In this document: positions 27,260 through 43,433 of the stretch, piece after piece
Layout: every line of letters begins with the position of its first letter
How positions within the stretch are numbered: the stretch's first letter is position 1
NCBI GenBank assembly: GCA_951406725.2
Contig: OX597843.1
Location: 18,786,001 to 18,850,000 of the forward strand
Direction of reading: 5' to 3'
DNA length: 64,000 nucleotides
DNA from: Octopus vulgaris
Taxonomy: Eukaryota
Translations under genes and position numbers: made by a program
The notes under the pieces: model-generated
Seen by the model: only the letters and a program-made list of their open reading frames with translations
What the model was told of the DNA's origin: nothing
Database searches by the model: none

Positions 27260-28694
27260 CATTCATGGACATTTGTGTGTGTGTGCCGAAACACTGAAAT
27301 CTGAAATATTATTAGAAGAAATTTACCAAAAACTTTCAACCATGATAAAAAAATAAATGCCTTGCTGATGCCTTCCATGAAATGGCACAAAAGACGCAAA
27401 TCTACATAGAAACACTTTATTCCCTTCTTACATACCAACAACAAAATGAGAACCAAAGCAGAACTCCAGAAACGGATATCCACAACCTAAATTCAACCAC
27501 ACAAAACGTACTAAAAGAATTGAATGAACTCAGCTTGGAAAAAGGAGACATACAAAAAGAGATATCAAATGAAAAACATCCGGATTAAGGTGTTAAATAA
27601 AAGAAACCAAGCATATTGCAGAGCTGTAAACAATGAAAACCTAGCCAACACCTATGAACAGTGGAGAGGCAGAGAAGAAGTAATACTCTCAAGAATCTTT
27701 CGTATCAAAGAAATAACGTCAGAACCAAAGGAAGAAGCACAAAATATTTGAGAAAAATCGTTTAAAAGCGACATTAACCGGAAATGATCAAAATATTGTT
27801 ATACGATCAGACGATAGATTTTTCATGTTTTAGAATCATCTCACTTTTGCTCGATAACTATTGATCATCGATCTCTTCCCAAATACAACGTCTAAAGTCA
27901 ACATTAAAATGAAGTACATTTCTAAATTCTTTGTTAGACCCTCCAGTGTTCACATTGTCATCCACCATTCTCTTCGCGAAGAATCTCTCTGAAGTTTAAG
28001 CTGGATATGCTAGAAATAGCAGCCAAATACTTCCTGTGAGCAGACGATAGATTCATTTAACGATAGTGTCACTTCAGAAAATCACGTTATCAATAACGAT
28101 AATAATTTACATGGTATATATAATGATTGACATGGAAGCAAGCGATACAAATTCATTTAACAATAGTTCATTTCAGAAAATTACGTTTGTAAAATAAAGT
28201 ATATGATAGAGAAATTATAACAATTCTGAAGAGGAATTAAAGGTTTTAGCAGCTTTAAAGTTATGGGAAAAGAATTTTCGTTATCAAAGAAGCAATATTT
28301 TATACGAATGACGGATGACAGGTGAGGATTTTGTGGTGTGAAGGGTCTTCAAGTGTATATGTCCTGGTGTGTGTGTGTTTGTGAAGCACTGAGATATATA
28401 ACTCTGCCCAAGTATTGCTTTGATATAAAACGGAAGTGAACACCACTTAACGATTATAATAATTGACACATAATTATATTCAAAACTTCAACTGCTCATC
28501 TGTACCGAAAACTTCAATAGCTTGATGTCCTATTTTCATAGGAGGGAGGGGAAGAGGGAGAGGAAGACATGCAGTGGCCTCCTAAACTGTTTAATGTATT
28601 TGTATCTCAGATAGTCTCTAGTATTCTGGATGCCTTCTGCAAAAAGTGAAAGATAAAAATAAATTGAAAATATAAAGCTAATTATCTGCCGGTA

Positions 28695-28858
<164 letters not shown>

Positions 28859-28989
28859 ATGCAATGAGATACATAACCATGCCTAAGTGTTTCTTTAATA
28901 TAAAACTGAAGTGAATATTAATGATAATATTAAATGATAATATTAAATGACATAATTTTACTGTGAAGGAGGTTTAGTCTTCAATGTTT

Positions 28990-30530
28990 TCAGTCTCGTC
29001 CACCAAACTACTTCTTTAGCCACCGGACAGAAGAAACTGCTTTTCCTTCCCGGCCAAAAGAAGGTGGCGGGGCGATCTTTACAATGAACTCGGCTCGTAA
29101 ACTGGACGGATGAGTGCATGCACGACTATTTCATCGCCCTGCGCACATCCCCGACATATCCGTCCGACAACACTTTCGTATCTGTAGAGCTTGTCTTCAA
29201 CCGGCAGAGCTCCCCGGTAGCACTGCCAGGCCAGGGATTTCTGGAAGTTAAAGACCAGTTAGTTGATTCCCTCCACCTACGTCCAGAATTTACCTCGATT
29301 TCGTCGTTGTTCTTTCCCCTCTTCTAATCCCCTATAGAAATCCATGGTGGACTTGCAACGCCCGCGTTGCCCGACTGGCAGAAAGCTGTGAGAGCTTGCC
29401 GACACTCCAGGTACCAAGCGCCCTTTCTTGGCCAACGCTTGACTCAGTACTGTAACGTCATCAATGAGACGAGCTGCGGAGAGTCCCGTTTGACAAACAG
29501 TCAATCTCTATGCTCACCGTTAAAGAAATGCAGGAGATGTTGCAGTCTCAGCGCATGTCTGCGAATCATTAGCAACGGCATGTCCAGTACTCCACTGAGA
29601 GGTTGTTGACAGCAGATGGACCGTCTGATGAGCGGAACACGTCCCTTCTTTAGAAAGCGGAATAACATACGCTCTAACTTTATCGGGCATGGGACTACAT
29701 TCAGGCGGTCGTAGATGACGGAAGCGATGTACGCATTCGCCACCTCGACTCGACCCTTCAAGAACAGCTTCCTCTCTGCCCATTTCTGGGTGAGATTGAC
29801 TACCCTGTTCGTCACCTCACACCAGTTGTTGTCCACCTGGAGGTCTGGGAGGCACATGGCCTAGAGCATGGTTAGAGCAGCGAACTCGCGGGTTTGAATC
29901 TCAGACCGGGCGATGTGTGTGTTTATGAGTGAAACACCTAAGCTCCACGCGGCTCCGGCAGAAGGTAATGGCAAACTTCTGCTGACTCTTTCGCCACAAC
30001 TTTCTCTCACTCTTTCCTCTTGCATCTTGCAGCTCACCTGCGACGGACACGCGTCCCGTCCAGGTGGGGAAAATATATGCCAAGAAACCGGGAAACCGGC
30101 CCTTATGAGCCAAGCATGGCTCGAGAAGGAACAAACAACAACAACCTGGAGGTCTTGACCAAACCAGACCCCAAGCAGTTTAACCGGTCTTTCCGTCCAG
30201 TGCCCTACAAAGTGTCGGTTGGTATGGATCTGCCTCTCCATCTGCCGAGCTGCAGGCCTACCGATTTCTCTTGGATAATCTTTGCTCCTGTCACCGCTTC
30301 GTGGACAGTATTATGGTGATGTAGTCCTTGTTAGCTGATAGGAACATTCCGCATTCTAAGACATTCGGGATGACTCTTGAAACCTCCAACTTCGGGAGCA
30401 ATGGCTCGAGAGCCAGTACGTACTGGACCCTGTCGTGTGCATCTATCGAGAGTAACTACAGCGTGCATAGATACATAAGTGAAGACAAGGTCCCTAGACC
30501 CGAAAAGTTCCCTGACAATGGATAATTGAC
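28990..30530 (-). mobile_element. decayed Tx1-clade ORF2 fragment interrupted by a SINE
   Basis: LTQKWAERKLFLKGRVEVANAYIASVI..RRSICCQQP, homologous to 13368..14678. Confidence 0.85.
29847..30143 (+). mobile_element. tRNA-derived SINE (family C) with (CAA)n tail and 12-bp target-site duplication
   Basis: TSD ACCTGGAGGTCT at 29835-29846 and 30144-30155; A/B-box-like TGGCCTAGAG..GGTTTGAATC; CCTGCGACGGAC..GTCCCGTCCAGG resembles a V-SINE-type central domain. Confidence 0.85.
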
Positions 30531-31580
30531 ATGATACGTCTATCCGCCTCACTTTCAAGAAACTGGATTTATTTCAAAATTTACTTTCAGATGTGGTAGG
30601 GATCGATTATATCAAGTGAAAGTCTGGCGATTATATATCTGTATCTATATATCTATATAAATATCTATCAAGATGTGTGCGCGCATGTGTCTGTGTTTGT
30701 CTCCCACCACCGGTTGACAGCCGGTATGAGTGTGTTTCTGTCCCCTGTAACTTAGCGGTTCGGCAAATGAACCAACAGAATATGTAGTAGACATTAAAAA
30801 AATGTCCTCGGGTCGATTTGTTTGGGTAAAACCCTTAAAGGCGCTGCCCTAGCATGACTGCAGTCAAATGAAAAAAATTAATCTTACATTATCATGGGGT
30901 TTTGAGATTTTGATGATGTGACTTTTACCTTTCAAAATGACTTTGCATGGTGGGTGTGAGAGGCCTGATCTGGTTAGTTTCAACACAAAACAGGGAGAAT
31001 ATTTGGGTCTGACCTGGTCAGTTTTAATGCTAAAGGGCTGACAGAAGTAAAATAAAGGTATAAAAGAACAGTTATGTAATTTGGGGACACAAATTTATGA
31101 GGCCTTGACGGTAGAGGCCGCTTTTACCCCAAGCTAAATGCTGTTGAGGTGGCTACACAATTGTCAATAAATTTCGATATAATATAATTAAAACCCAAGA
31201 TGTGGTTTCGCCTTTGTAATAGTGAGCGAGTGTTTATTTATATATATAGAGAGAGATACATATAGACATGGGTCTATAAAATTCGAAATGAAAAGTTTGA
31301 ATTAGCAGTTAAAGACGATAGCCGGTGGTTTTGGAATTGTTAAAATGAGAGGTGGAGAGAAAGTGGAAGAAAGAGAGAGAGAAAGAGAGGTATGGAAAGG
31401 AGAGAAGAAGGGCTTTGTGCGTGTTTGTGTGTGTATGTGTGTGTTATGCAATTAGATACATAAACCTGCCTTAGCATTTCTTTAATATAAAACTGAAGTG
31501 AATATCAGATTAACGATTATATTAAATGACAATTTAACTGTAAATCGGTGAGTGAAAAGTTTAGCCGGAAAAATTTTCAA

Positions 31581-31611
<31 letters not shown>

Positions 31612-32258
31612 GTTTCAACTTTTGCCATAAAAGGTCAGCAATTTTAGGGGTGGGGGCTGAGTGGATTACATCCACCCTAATGTTTTTTCTCGTACTTATT
31701 TTATCGACCCCGATGGAAGTCAACCTGGGTGGGATTTGACTTCAGAACGTCTTTGCGGACGAAATACAGCGAATCATTACGTCCAGCATGCTTCGATGTA
31801 TTTCGTCTGGAGCTGACGCTCTGAGTTCAAATTCCGCCAAAGTAAACTTCGCTTTTCATCTTTTCGGAGTCGATAAAATATGTACCAGTTGAACACTGGG
31901 GTCGAAGTAATCGTTTCATCCCCTCATTCAAAATTGCTGTCCTTCTTGCAAAATTTCTGTATTTGTCACCTAGCAAAGGTTCACAACCGGTACTGGTGTG
32001 TTTATGTCCCTTTAACTTGGCGTCTCGGTAAACGACACTAAAATAATAAGCACTAAGGATGAAAACAATGTATATGGGTTGAGTTAGGGTTAGGGTGTGT
32101 GTGTGTGTGCGTGTATATATGTATATATATCTCAATGTAACTATATACATATATATATATACATACAGATATATATATATATATATATACTTATACATAC
32201 ACATATCTATACACACATACACACAAATACACATATCTATGCACACGCACACACACAG

Positions 32259-32326
<68 letters not shown>

Positions 32327-32378
32327 CTGTGTGTGTGCGTGTGCATAGATATGTGTATTTGTGTGTATGTGTGTATGT

Positions 32379-34380
<2,002 letters not shown>

Positions 34381-34393
34381 TACTCTCTCACTC

Positions 34394-35590
<1,197 letters not shown>

Positions 35591-36397
35591 CAGTGTTCCG
35601 GAAATCGGAATGCGAAAGCACAAAAACGAAAATGGGAAAAGGGAAAAGTAAAAACAGCATTTAAAGGTCTTCTCGTTGGACCTTGAATTATAAGGCTAAA
35701 AAGATATCAAAATATATTTATACTTGACAACGACTGAAAATTCCTGACCTAGAGTCCAATAGAGAATTAAGCATCTTAGATCTGAACAGGATATGCATTC
35801 TTTCAGTTAAACAAAGCTTATATTTATTCGATCCATTAACATAAGTTATGGATTCTCAATTACATCCCATCCAGTCACATGTCGTGTTTCGTTTTCTTCC
35901 AAACTTAGCCAGTTTCGTAGCTTTACTTTTGTCCTATGTCCGAAGGGGATCATGTGATTGGCATAACGACTTTGAAATTCACCTTTAAATAAGCAAAAGA
36001 ATAAAAGAATAAAAGATTATGTGTGTGTGTGTGTGTGTATGCATACAAAAATACACACGCATACACACGGATATGTACATAAGCGCGCACACACACACAT
36101 ATAGGCGGATGGATTATTGTTTCGGTAAGTTGTGTCCACGAGAAAGACACTTCCAGTGCACTCATCTGAAAAGTACCAGCATTAACATTGCGACAGACTG
36201 GTATCCTGTGTGTTGTATCCTTGTGTGTTGAAATACGTTCGATACCGAGATATACTGGGGGCCTAATGAGCCTGTAGATCAGGCAGAGAATTTAGCTTAG
36301 AAAATACTTTAATGTAGACATTCAGGCATGCGCAGTCAAGTGTTTGTGTAACGTTTATGGAGTGAAAGTCGATATGAATATGACAAAAAAAGAAATA

Positions 36398-36938
36398 CCG
36401 TATTTCCGGTGTATAAGCCGCTATTTTTTACCTGGGAAATTTAGTGTGCCGCTTGGATAAAGGTGCGCCTAATGTGTGTAACTTTTTTTATAAGTTCCAG
36501 GAGGAAAATAATTTGTGTATGGAGATCGAATGATTCCACTGATTTTTTCGGAGGAAAGGTCGGTCGATGAAAGACTATTGCTACAGTACATTGGTGCCTG
36601 GAAGAAAACAAAGCACATTTGTTTTGTTTTACCTTCATGTTTTGATAATGATATTTGTTTTATCTACTATTTATCTAGAATTTAATATTGACGGAAGGTG
36701 TTTGTTGCTGATTATAGTAAGATAAAATCAAAACATCAACAATACATCTCATAGTTGAAGAATAAAACAGTTTGAAACTACATACACATCAACAACAACA
36801 AAGCTAGCTGCGGACCGGTGGTTCCATAAGTCTTTATAAAACACCGGTGGTCTTTATGTGTGGATAAAACCAAAATTTTCCCCAAAATTCGTCTCAGCGG
36901 CTTCAATGCCGACGCGTTTTATAGACCGGAAAATACGG
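36398..36938. mobile_element. non-autonomous pogo/Tigger-like MITE
   Basis: TIRs CCGTATTTCCGGTGTATAAGCCGC / GCGTTTTATAGACCGGAAAATACGG flanked by TA on both sides; no transposase ORF. Confidence 0.85.
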
Positions 36939-37094
36939 TACTTAATTCCTTGATTGGATTGTAGCTGTTTGTGAAATGTTTATTACTGAATTAAGTTCAT
37001 TGCTGGATTACTGACACCTGATAAAGCTAATTAGATACATGATTACAAATCTAATCACCTAGATATGTCATGCAAATTTTCAGCTTTTTTCTGG

Positions 37095-37173
37095 AATTAT
37101 TTATATTATTTACATTCGATCCAGCCTTCTTCAGGTGTCTTGGGGGATTTTTCATTCCTAAGGTATTTTTCGA

Positions 37174-37204
<31 letters not shown>

Positions 37205-37920
37205 GTTCAGGTCACTGCTTGGACTCGGACTCGGAATCTTGGGCTTAGTAGCCCGTGCTGTTAACCACTACGCCATATGCCCATAGGCATTATGGAGTGA
37301 ATTTTAGGGCATATAAATCTAATATTTTCTATCTTTCCTTAATACCGGTTCCCATATGCTGCTCACATCTGCACTCGGTCTGCTTAGGCAGTTGTTGTGT
37401 CCTAGCATATGTGCTACTTCTTTTAGTTTTCGTATTTTTCTGTGGTGTTCTCTGTCTACTATTTTAACTTCATTTTCCTTTACATGATCAGCTATACCCG
37501 ATTTATCAATATCTCCTCGTGTCGCAGCTTTGCGATGTTCGTCTACCCTTGTTTCGAGGGGGCGGCATGTTTCGCTTTTGTATAACCTACCACACCTGCA
37601 TGGGATGGAGTACACGCAGTCTTTGCTCACATTCTCTTCTATTGGTGGTTTTACTCAAAGGATTTATTTGCGAAGTATTGTATCATTCTTGAATACTGTC
37701 CTGATGTCATATGGGCTGCATATCTTTTGTATATTTTCGTAGAGGCCTTTCACATAGGGTAGACAGACTTTAGACAGTTTATTGGCCTTATCCTCTCTCT
37801 TCTTCATAATTGGAGTGGTTAGTATACTTTTGTGGTAGTTGTTGCTTAACAGATCGTTATTGAGCTTGATCATTTCTTCGTGGTGTTATTACGATCGCTA
37901 CTTATATTTTTTGCACGATG
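37095..37920 (-). mobile_element. 5'-truncated Penelope-like element: GIY-YIG endonuclease, tRNA-like segment, (TAA)n and half hammerhead
   Basis: VCLPYVKGL (37664..37873) and CVYSIPCRCGRLYKSETCRPLETRVDEH..KSGIADH (37319..37630). Confidence 0.88.
37208..37282 (-). promoter_or_regulatory. tRNA-like Pol III promoter segment inside the PLE 3' repeat
   Basis: Minus strand GGGCATATGGCGTAGTGGTTAACAGCAC-GGGCT-ACTA-AGCCC-AAGATTCCGAGTCCGAGTCC: A-box TGGCGTAGTGG, an anticodon-like hairpin and a degenerate B-box. Confidence 0.6.
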
Positions 37921-38244
37921 CAATTTATATTCAATGCAATAGTTTCATAAACCAACGGTTCCGAATAAGTTTGCAGGACTATTTTGTAAAATATTAGCAA
38001 TTTTGGTTCGGGATTATTTTCTGAAAGGAATAACCATAATTATACTGTATAAAAGAATGGATGGTTTCATTCTATTCTGTTAAAGATGTGTATGGTTGTA
38101 TGTAGATTTGAAAGTGTGCATAGTAACATGGATTTATGAAAGGATGTATGTATATTTATCTATATCTCTCAATGGATGCATTGTATTCTATACATGAATG
38201 TATATGTAGCTGTATGTACAGTATTGCTGTAGGTTCAATTTCCA

Positions 38245-38276
<32 letters not shown>

Positions 38277-38559
38277 TCTCTCTCAGTATTTGGTTTGCAA
38301 GATTCTTGATGTGGACACGTATTCCGAAACAGATTTTGTTGTACCTTAGGAGGATAATAACGACAATATCTAACACACACGCACTGGGTCAATATATGTG
38401 CATGTATGTATGTATGCTACAGTTTGTAAACGAAAGAGAACTGTAATGAATACATGGTACAGAGTGTTTATTCCCACATCTATTAGAATTGAGGTTCGTT
38501 TTCATTGGTCAGTGCGTTTTGATGGATAGTTATTTGCTCCACTAGTAGCTGTTTGTTGA

Positions 38560-38930
38560 ATAGTATTATGTTTTGCCGTTCTACCTCTTCTACGTCTTTT
38601 ATAATTTTCAACTCCAATCTTTAATATTAAACAATTTCGACGTCTTCTCTTGGTAAAGATCTAATTTTTCTTTTGGAACAATTAAACTTTGTGATACAAT
38701 GTTAAGTTTTTCGACGCTCATAGACTTCATTTCCCTGAACAACTTACATAAGTGGATGGCATATTTATTATTTCCCAGGTTATCTTCATGTTTACACTCC
38801 GAAAGGATTGCATTATATCTTTGTACATTTCAGACAGAAGATATTGCATTACATTGATGTACGTTTCAGAATAAGTGTACATGCTTTGGGTATCTTTCTT
38901 TAAACGTTCCCCGTGTTGCCATGTTGTAGC
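38560..38930 (-). mobile_element. heavily decayed PLE GIY-YIG remnant
   Basis: Minus-strand pieces TRGTFKERYPKH and KITWEII. Confidence 0.45.
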
Positions 38931-38947
38931 TTTTATATAAAATTCTA

Positions 38948-40090
38948 CAGGGATTGGATAATATAATTGGAAACACCTAGCATCATAGCATCATAATTTT
39001 GAAATACCTACAAAACATCAAAAGCTTGTTTATTTTTATGTGTTTTGATTTATTATTAGTGTTGCTTAATATGTTCTGCTAAAATTTCTGTTTCTTTTCA
39101 GATATAAGAAAAAGGTAATTAAAATTCATTCAAGTAACAGATTTATCGGACTTTCAAAGAAGACACATTGTTGGTACTCGTATGTCAGGCGCTAGCGTAA
39201 CGAAAGCAGCCGAAATGTTTGGTGTATGAAGAAGCACTATCTCGAAAGTAATGACAGCCTTTGAGAAAGAAGGAAAAACCTGCTCGTCGGCACAAAACTC
39301 CGGAAGAAAACCAAAACTTTCAGATAGAGACCGTCGGACTCTTACGCGAATTTTTAGAAAGGATCACAAAAGTACAGCTCCCAAAATTGCCGCGGAACTT
39401 AATGATTACATCAAGCACCCGCTTTCCACAAAACCTCTTTGGTGGCAGCTGCACAAAGCCGGATTTCACAGGAGGGCCGCAATCAGAAAACCGCTACTTT
39501 CAAAATCAAAGGCTGCAAAGCGTTTAGGGTGGAGTAAAAACCTACAGAATTGGTCCCTAGAGCAGTGGAAGAATGTTATTTTCTCAGACGAGTCATCCTT
39601 TACTTCATTTCCAACCACCGGCCAAGTATGCGTGTGGAGACAGTCAAGAGAAGCATTTAACCCATACTGCCTTCTTCCAAATCTTAAACATGGAGTAGTA
39701 TCTGTGATGATCTGGTGAGGTATATCTTGGAAATCTGCCGGCCCAATGGTTTCCCTTCATGGTAGAATTAATAGTCAAAGCTATTTAAGCATTTTATCGC
39801 ATCAAATTCAATCTATGTTTACGGAACTGTTTCCGGGGGGAAATGCAATCTTTCAGGATGATAATGCACCAATTCACACAGGCAAAGTTGATACCGAATG
39901 GGCTGAGGAACATTCTAGTGAAGCTGAAAATCTTACCTGGCCATCACAGACTTCAGATCGCAATATTATTGAACATTTATGGTGCATTTTAGAAAAACAA
40001 GTAAGGAATCGATATCCTCCACCATCATCATAAGAAGCGGAGACTGTTTTAGCTGAAGAATGGACAACATTTTTAGAGCTATATCTAAGG
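38948..40090 (+). mobile_element. Tc1-family DNA transposon, inactivated, right end missing
   Basis: TA|CAGGG left end; DLSDFQR..GRKPKLSDRDRRTL HTH region; catalytic motifs IFSDES, FQDDNAPIH and SDRNIIEHLW; internal stops. Confidence 0.9.
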
Positions 40091-40867
40091 CTATGATGGT
40101 GTGGAGCTGAATGGGAGAAAGATGGAAAGCGCTGGCCGCAAAATAACCTGCATCCCAGAATTCGTGAGAACATCTGCCTAGATGGTAACTCTCTGGCAAA
40201 GTTAATTGCATTCAGTGCCAAGGTTGTGTGATACTGTGAAGATGAACCTAAAATATATATCGGGCAACGGAACTACCATTCAAACATCGATTTTATAAGC
40301 ATAGACATTCATTTGTCTGCACTTATAGAAAACATGTCCCGGTTTTGTAGTGGTTTATATAGATAGACTGGCAATCGTACAGGAACAGGGGCTTCAAATA
40401 GTAGATGCAGTATGACCTTCGAGCGAAAAATTAAGAATTTTGTCTCAGCTTGTTATAGTTGGAACAAAGGAACGGAACAGTTAGTGTCTTGTATGCATGT
40501 AGCTAAGCATCCTTTGTGTAAATACCAGCAGTCTTCAATTTCATTCTAATTCAGAAAAAATGCTGGCTTCAAAATATTTCATTAATATAGGTGCATGCGT
40601 GGATAATGGACCTAAAACGAATGAAAAACCAATACATATATACACGCGTACACACACACACATATATATATATATATATGTGTATGTGTGAGTGTGTATG
40701 TGTGTATGCACTGCTGCAGGTGCCTACACACATATACACACATGCACACACGTATACACGCATCAAAATATCTTCCTTTATATTAACTGCAATACAATGT
40801 TCTTATTGACTATTAATTTGTGATAAATCTGGTGGTGGTGTTATATTAGGCAATAAATAACCCTTAC

Positions 40868-41051
40868 CAATGAAATCATTCTCGTTGCATAAATTTCCGA
40901 TGCAACAACCAACACAAGAAATACCTTTGGTCCATTTAATGCATGTAAAGATATTGTCTACCATAGCTTGAACACGTTTCCTGTATGTGCTGCAGGACTT
41001 TTCAGTCTTCAGCGTAACACCGTTCTTTGATAATGCGAACCGGCATACTGG
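40868..41051 (-). pseudogene. exon encoding the C-terminal half of a Ly6/uPAR (three-finger)-like Cys-rich domain
   Basis: ttacag| PVCRFALSKNGVTLKTEKSCSTYRKRVQAMVDNIFTCIKWTKGISCVGCCIGNLCNENDFI G|gtaagg: open frame with a CCxxxLCN signature. Confidence 0.7.
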
Positions 41052-41178
41052 CTGTAATATTAGGTATGAAAATTATATACTACAAGTTAACAGCAGCAGA
41101 AAACCTCTGTAAAATATATTGCCATTTACCACATAAAAATAATGTTTTTAATGCTTACATATTATAATCTTTCTCAAC

Positions 41179-41330
41179 CTTATCATTTCGGGTCCCCTGT
41201 TTCAATTGGAGCCTCCGGCTGTAGGAACATTTCCTGACATCCCCACCATTGTCAGAAAACAGGTTCAGGAGTTATGAAGAACGAATTTGTACTTAGTCTT
41301 TTTCTGAGAGCTATTCTATTGGACCTCTGT
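41179..41330 (-). pseudogene. disabled upstream exon of the same Cys-rich gene
   Basis: gattag| RGPIE*..KRLSTNS..TPEPVF*QWW..RKCSYSRRLQLKQGTRNDK |gttgag, with stops and frameshifts. It ends in phase 0, matching the next exon. Confidence 0.5.
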
Positions 41331-41646
41331 CTAATCATTAAAACATTGATTTAATTATGAAGATAGAAAGAAATTATACATTAATCCCTATTTTTGTTAG
41401 CAGTTGTATCCATAAAAATTTTATATAAGACGGAAACAGAATAATGCTTTAGTTAAGGCGTTGTATAAAGACTTCTAAAACCACAGGCCACGCAATAGAC
41501 AGACTTAGTAGTAGAATTGACAGAGCTGTGACGATACAAAGCTACATTTCAAGCAGAGTAGAAAAAAAGAAAGTAGTTGTGTTCCGGTTGACAAGAGAGC
41601 GACCAAAGATCCGGAAGACAGAAGAAGCTAAAAAGCACACACACAC

Positions 41647-41741
<95 letters not shown>

Positions 41742-41754
41742 TGTATACATACAT

Positions 41755-41793
<39 letters not shown>

Positions 41794-42381
41794 GGCACAT
41801 AGACTATTGGCTCGGAGAGTTCTGTCAACTAGAAAACACTTCCACTGCACTCATCTGAGAAGATATACCAGCAACAACCAGGGGTTAAACTTGCAACAGA
41901 CTGGCATCTCTTTTAGTGGGATGTCTTCTATCCCCGGGTGTTGGAATATGTTGGATACTTAGAGAGACTGCGGCCTAATGGGCCTGAATATCATGTAGAG
42001 AATATAACTAAGAAACTACTTCAATGAAGACATTGAGGCGTGCGCAGTCTCGTGTTAGTGTAAGTAGACATGAACGTGTAGAAGACAAATCTACGTCCGG
42101 TGCTTTGATTGGAATGTAGCTGTTTGTGAAATGTTGATTACATGAACAATGACAGTTGAATGACCTGATAATACTAATTAGATAAATGATCGTAAATCTA
42201 ATCAACATGATACATTTTGCAAGTTTTAAAATTTTAGTGAAATGTTTAAAACAACAAATGGAATCAATGCCTCTTCCGGTGGTATTTGATCTTAGTCTGC
42301 GGTATTACAGTATTTCATCTAGAAAACGAACGGTAGCAACAGATCAGATTTAATCCTTTATTTAACAATTTTAAAGCTTAC

Positions 42382-42435
42382 CTTGATAACATTAAATTGG
42401 CAAGAAGACAGAATATCAATATAATTTCAAATCAT
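42382..42435 (-). pseudogene. candidate signal-peptide first exon (frameshifted)
   Basis: ATG at 42435; hydrophobic EIILIFCLLANLMLS in a shifted frame; strong donor AAG|gtaagc. Confidence 0.35.
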
Positions 42436-42610
42436 GCAATATTTTCTGTTTCAAGCCATAGTGAGGCCCTGAAACTTGTGGAAATTACATTATGGTGGAT
42501 TATACAGTCTCATGCATGCATAGTGTTGTATTGAAAGGTACAATTATAGTGTCGTTACAAGGAAAAAATATTTTATATAATATATGCAGAAAATATTATT
42601 TTATATCATA

Positions 42611-43433
42611 CTAGCAGTATTGCCCGGCTCGTGCGTTCGTGCGTTATATGCACGCGCAAATTAAGCTAAACTTGGCTGAAGTTCAATCAAAATTGAATTA
42701 TTTTGGTTTTAAAATCAAGCATTTGATGCCCTCTATTTTTGTGCTTATGTGTTCCATTTCCTCAATAGGAAGTACGTAGAAGCGTTTCATAAATTTTTGT
42801 TGATCAAATAATTGCATTGTTGAATTATTCTTTTAGATCAGTATTTCTCAACGGGGATTTCAGGGAGTCACTGGCGATGTATCGTGATGATCAAAAATCT
42901 GGCCTGCTAAAATTTGGTTAAAGTGATTCAAACTGCAGACTCAATGCAAAATGGTCACATTTAATTCAAAGCGTTAAACATGTTATGAAAACAATTGGTA
43001 TGTGTTCACAAAGTCCAAACGATTAATACGAAAAAACCCTCCAGGCTACATCCCGAAAATTCATTTCTATGACGAATTTCTACAATGTTTACGGCGATTC
43101 GTTTTTATATCTTGATTTTTTATTTTTCATGCAATTTACGCATGCTTGCACGCATGGTGAACACAGTTCACGTCAAACAGCTGACTGAGTAAAGTTCACT
43201 ATTCAATGCATGGGATAAGCTCTAAACAAACACATTATCGATTTTTGCACTTACGAGATGAATTTCGGAACAGAAATAGCGCAGTTCAATTTTCATTCGC
43301 CTAAACTTTAAGTGACCTATTTTTGGTGGTTCTACAATTTGTTGGCTAGGAGGCGATGTGCCTGGAAGTTAAACACACAGACACACACACAGATACACAC
43401 ACAGACACACAAGTTGAGTTTTATATATATAGA
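42611..43433 (-). mobile_element. non-autonomous Helitron
   Basis: 5' TC and 3' CTAG ends, inserted between A and T with no TSD (flanks rejoin into one minisatellite unit). Its 5' ~390 bp match ~60110-60497. Confidence 0.85.

Noticed and set aside
27300-27780. Short plus-strand ORFs that may be a LINE N-terminal remnant
   Set aside because: No diagnostic motif.
37208-37282. Possible genuine tRNA gene
   Set aside because: Acceptor stem and T-arm do not pair properly and it lies inside a retroelement, so it is treated as tRNA-derived only.
37900-38022. Acceptor-like tttcag followed by an open frame (NNPEPKLLIFYK..) on the minus strand
   Set aside because: No donor site and no recognisable domain; it runs into the PLE junction.
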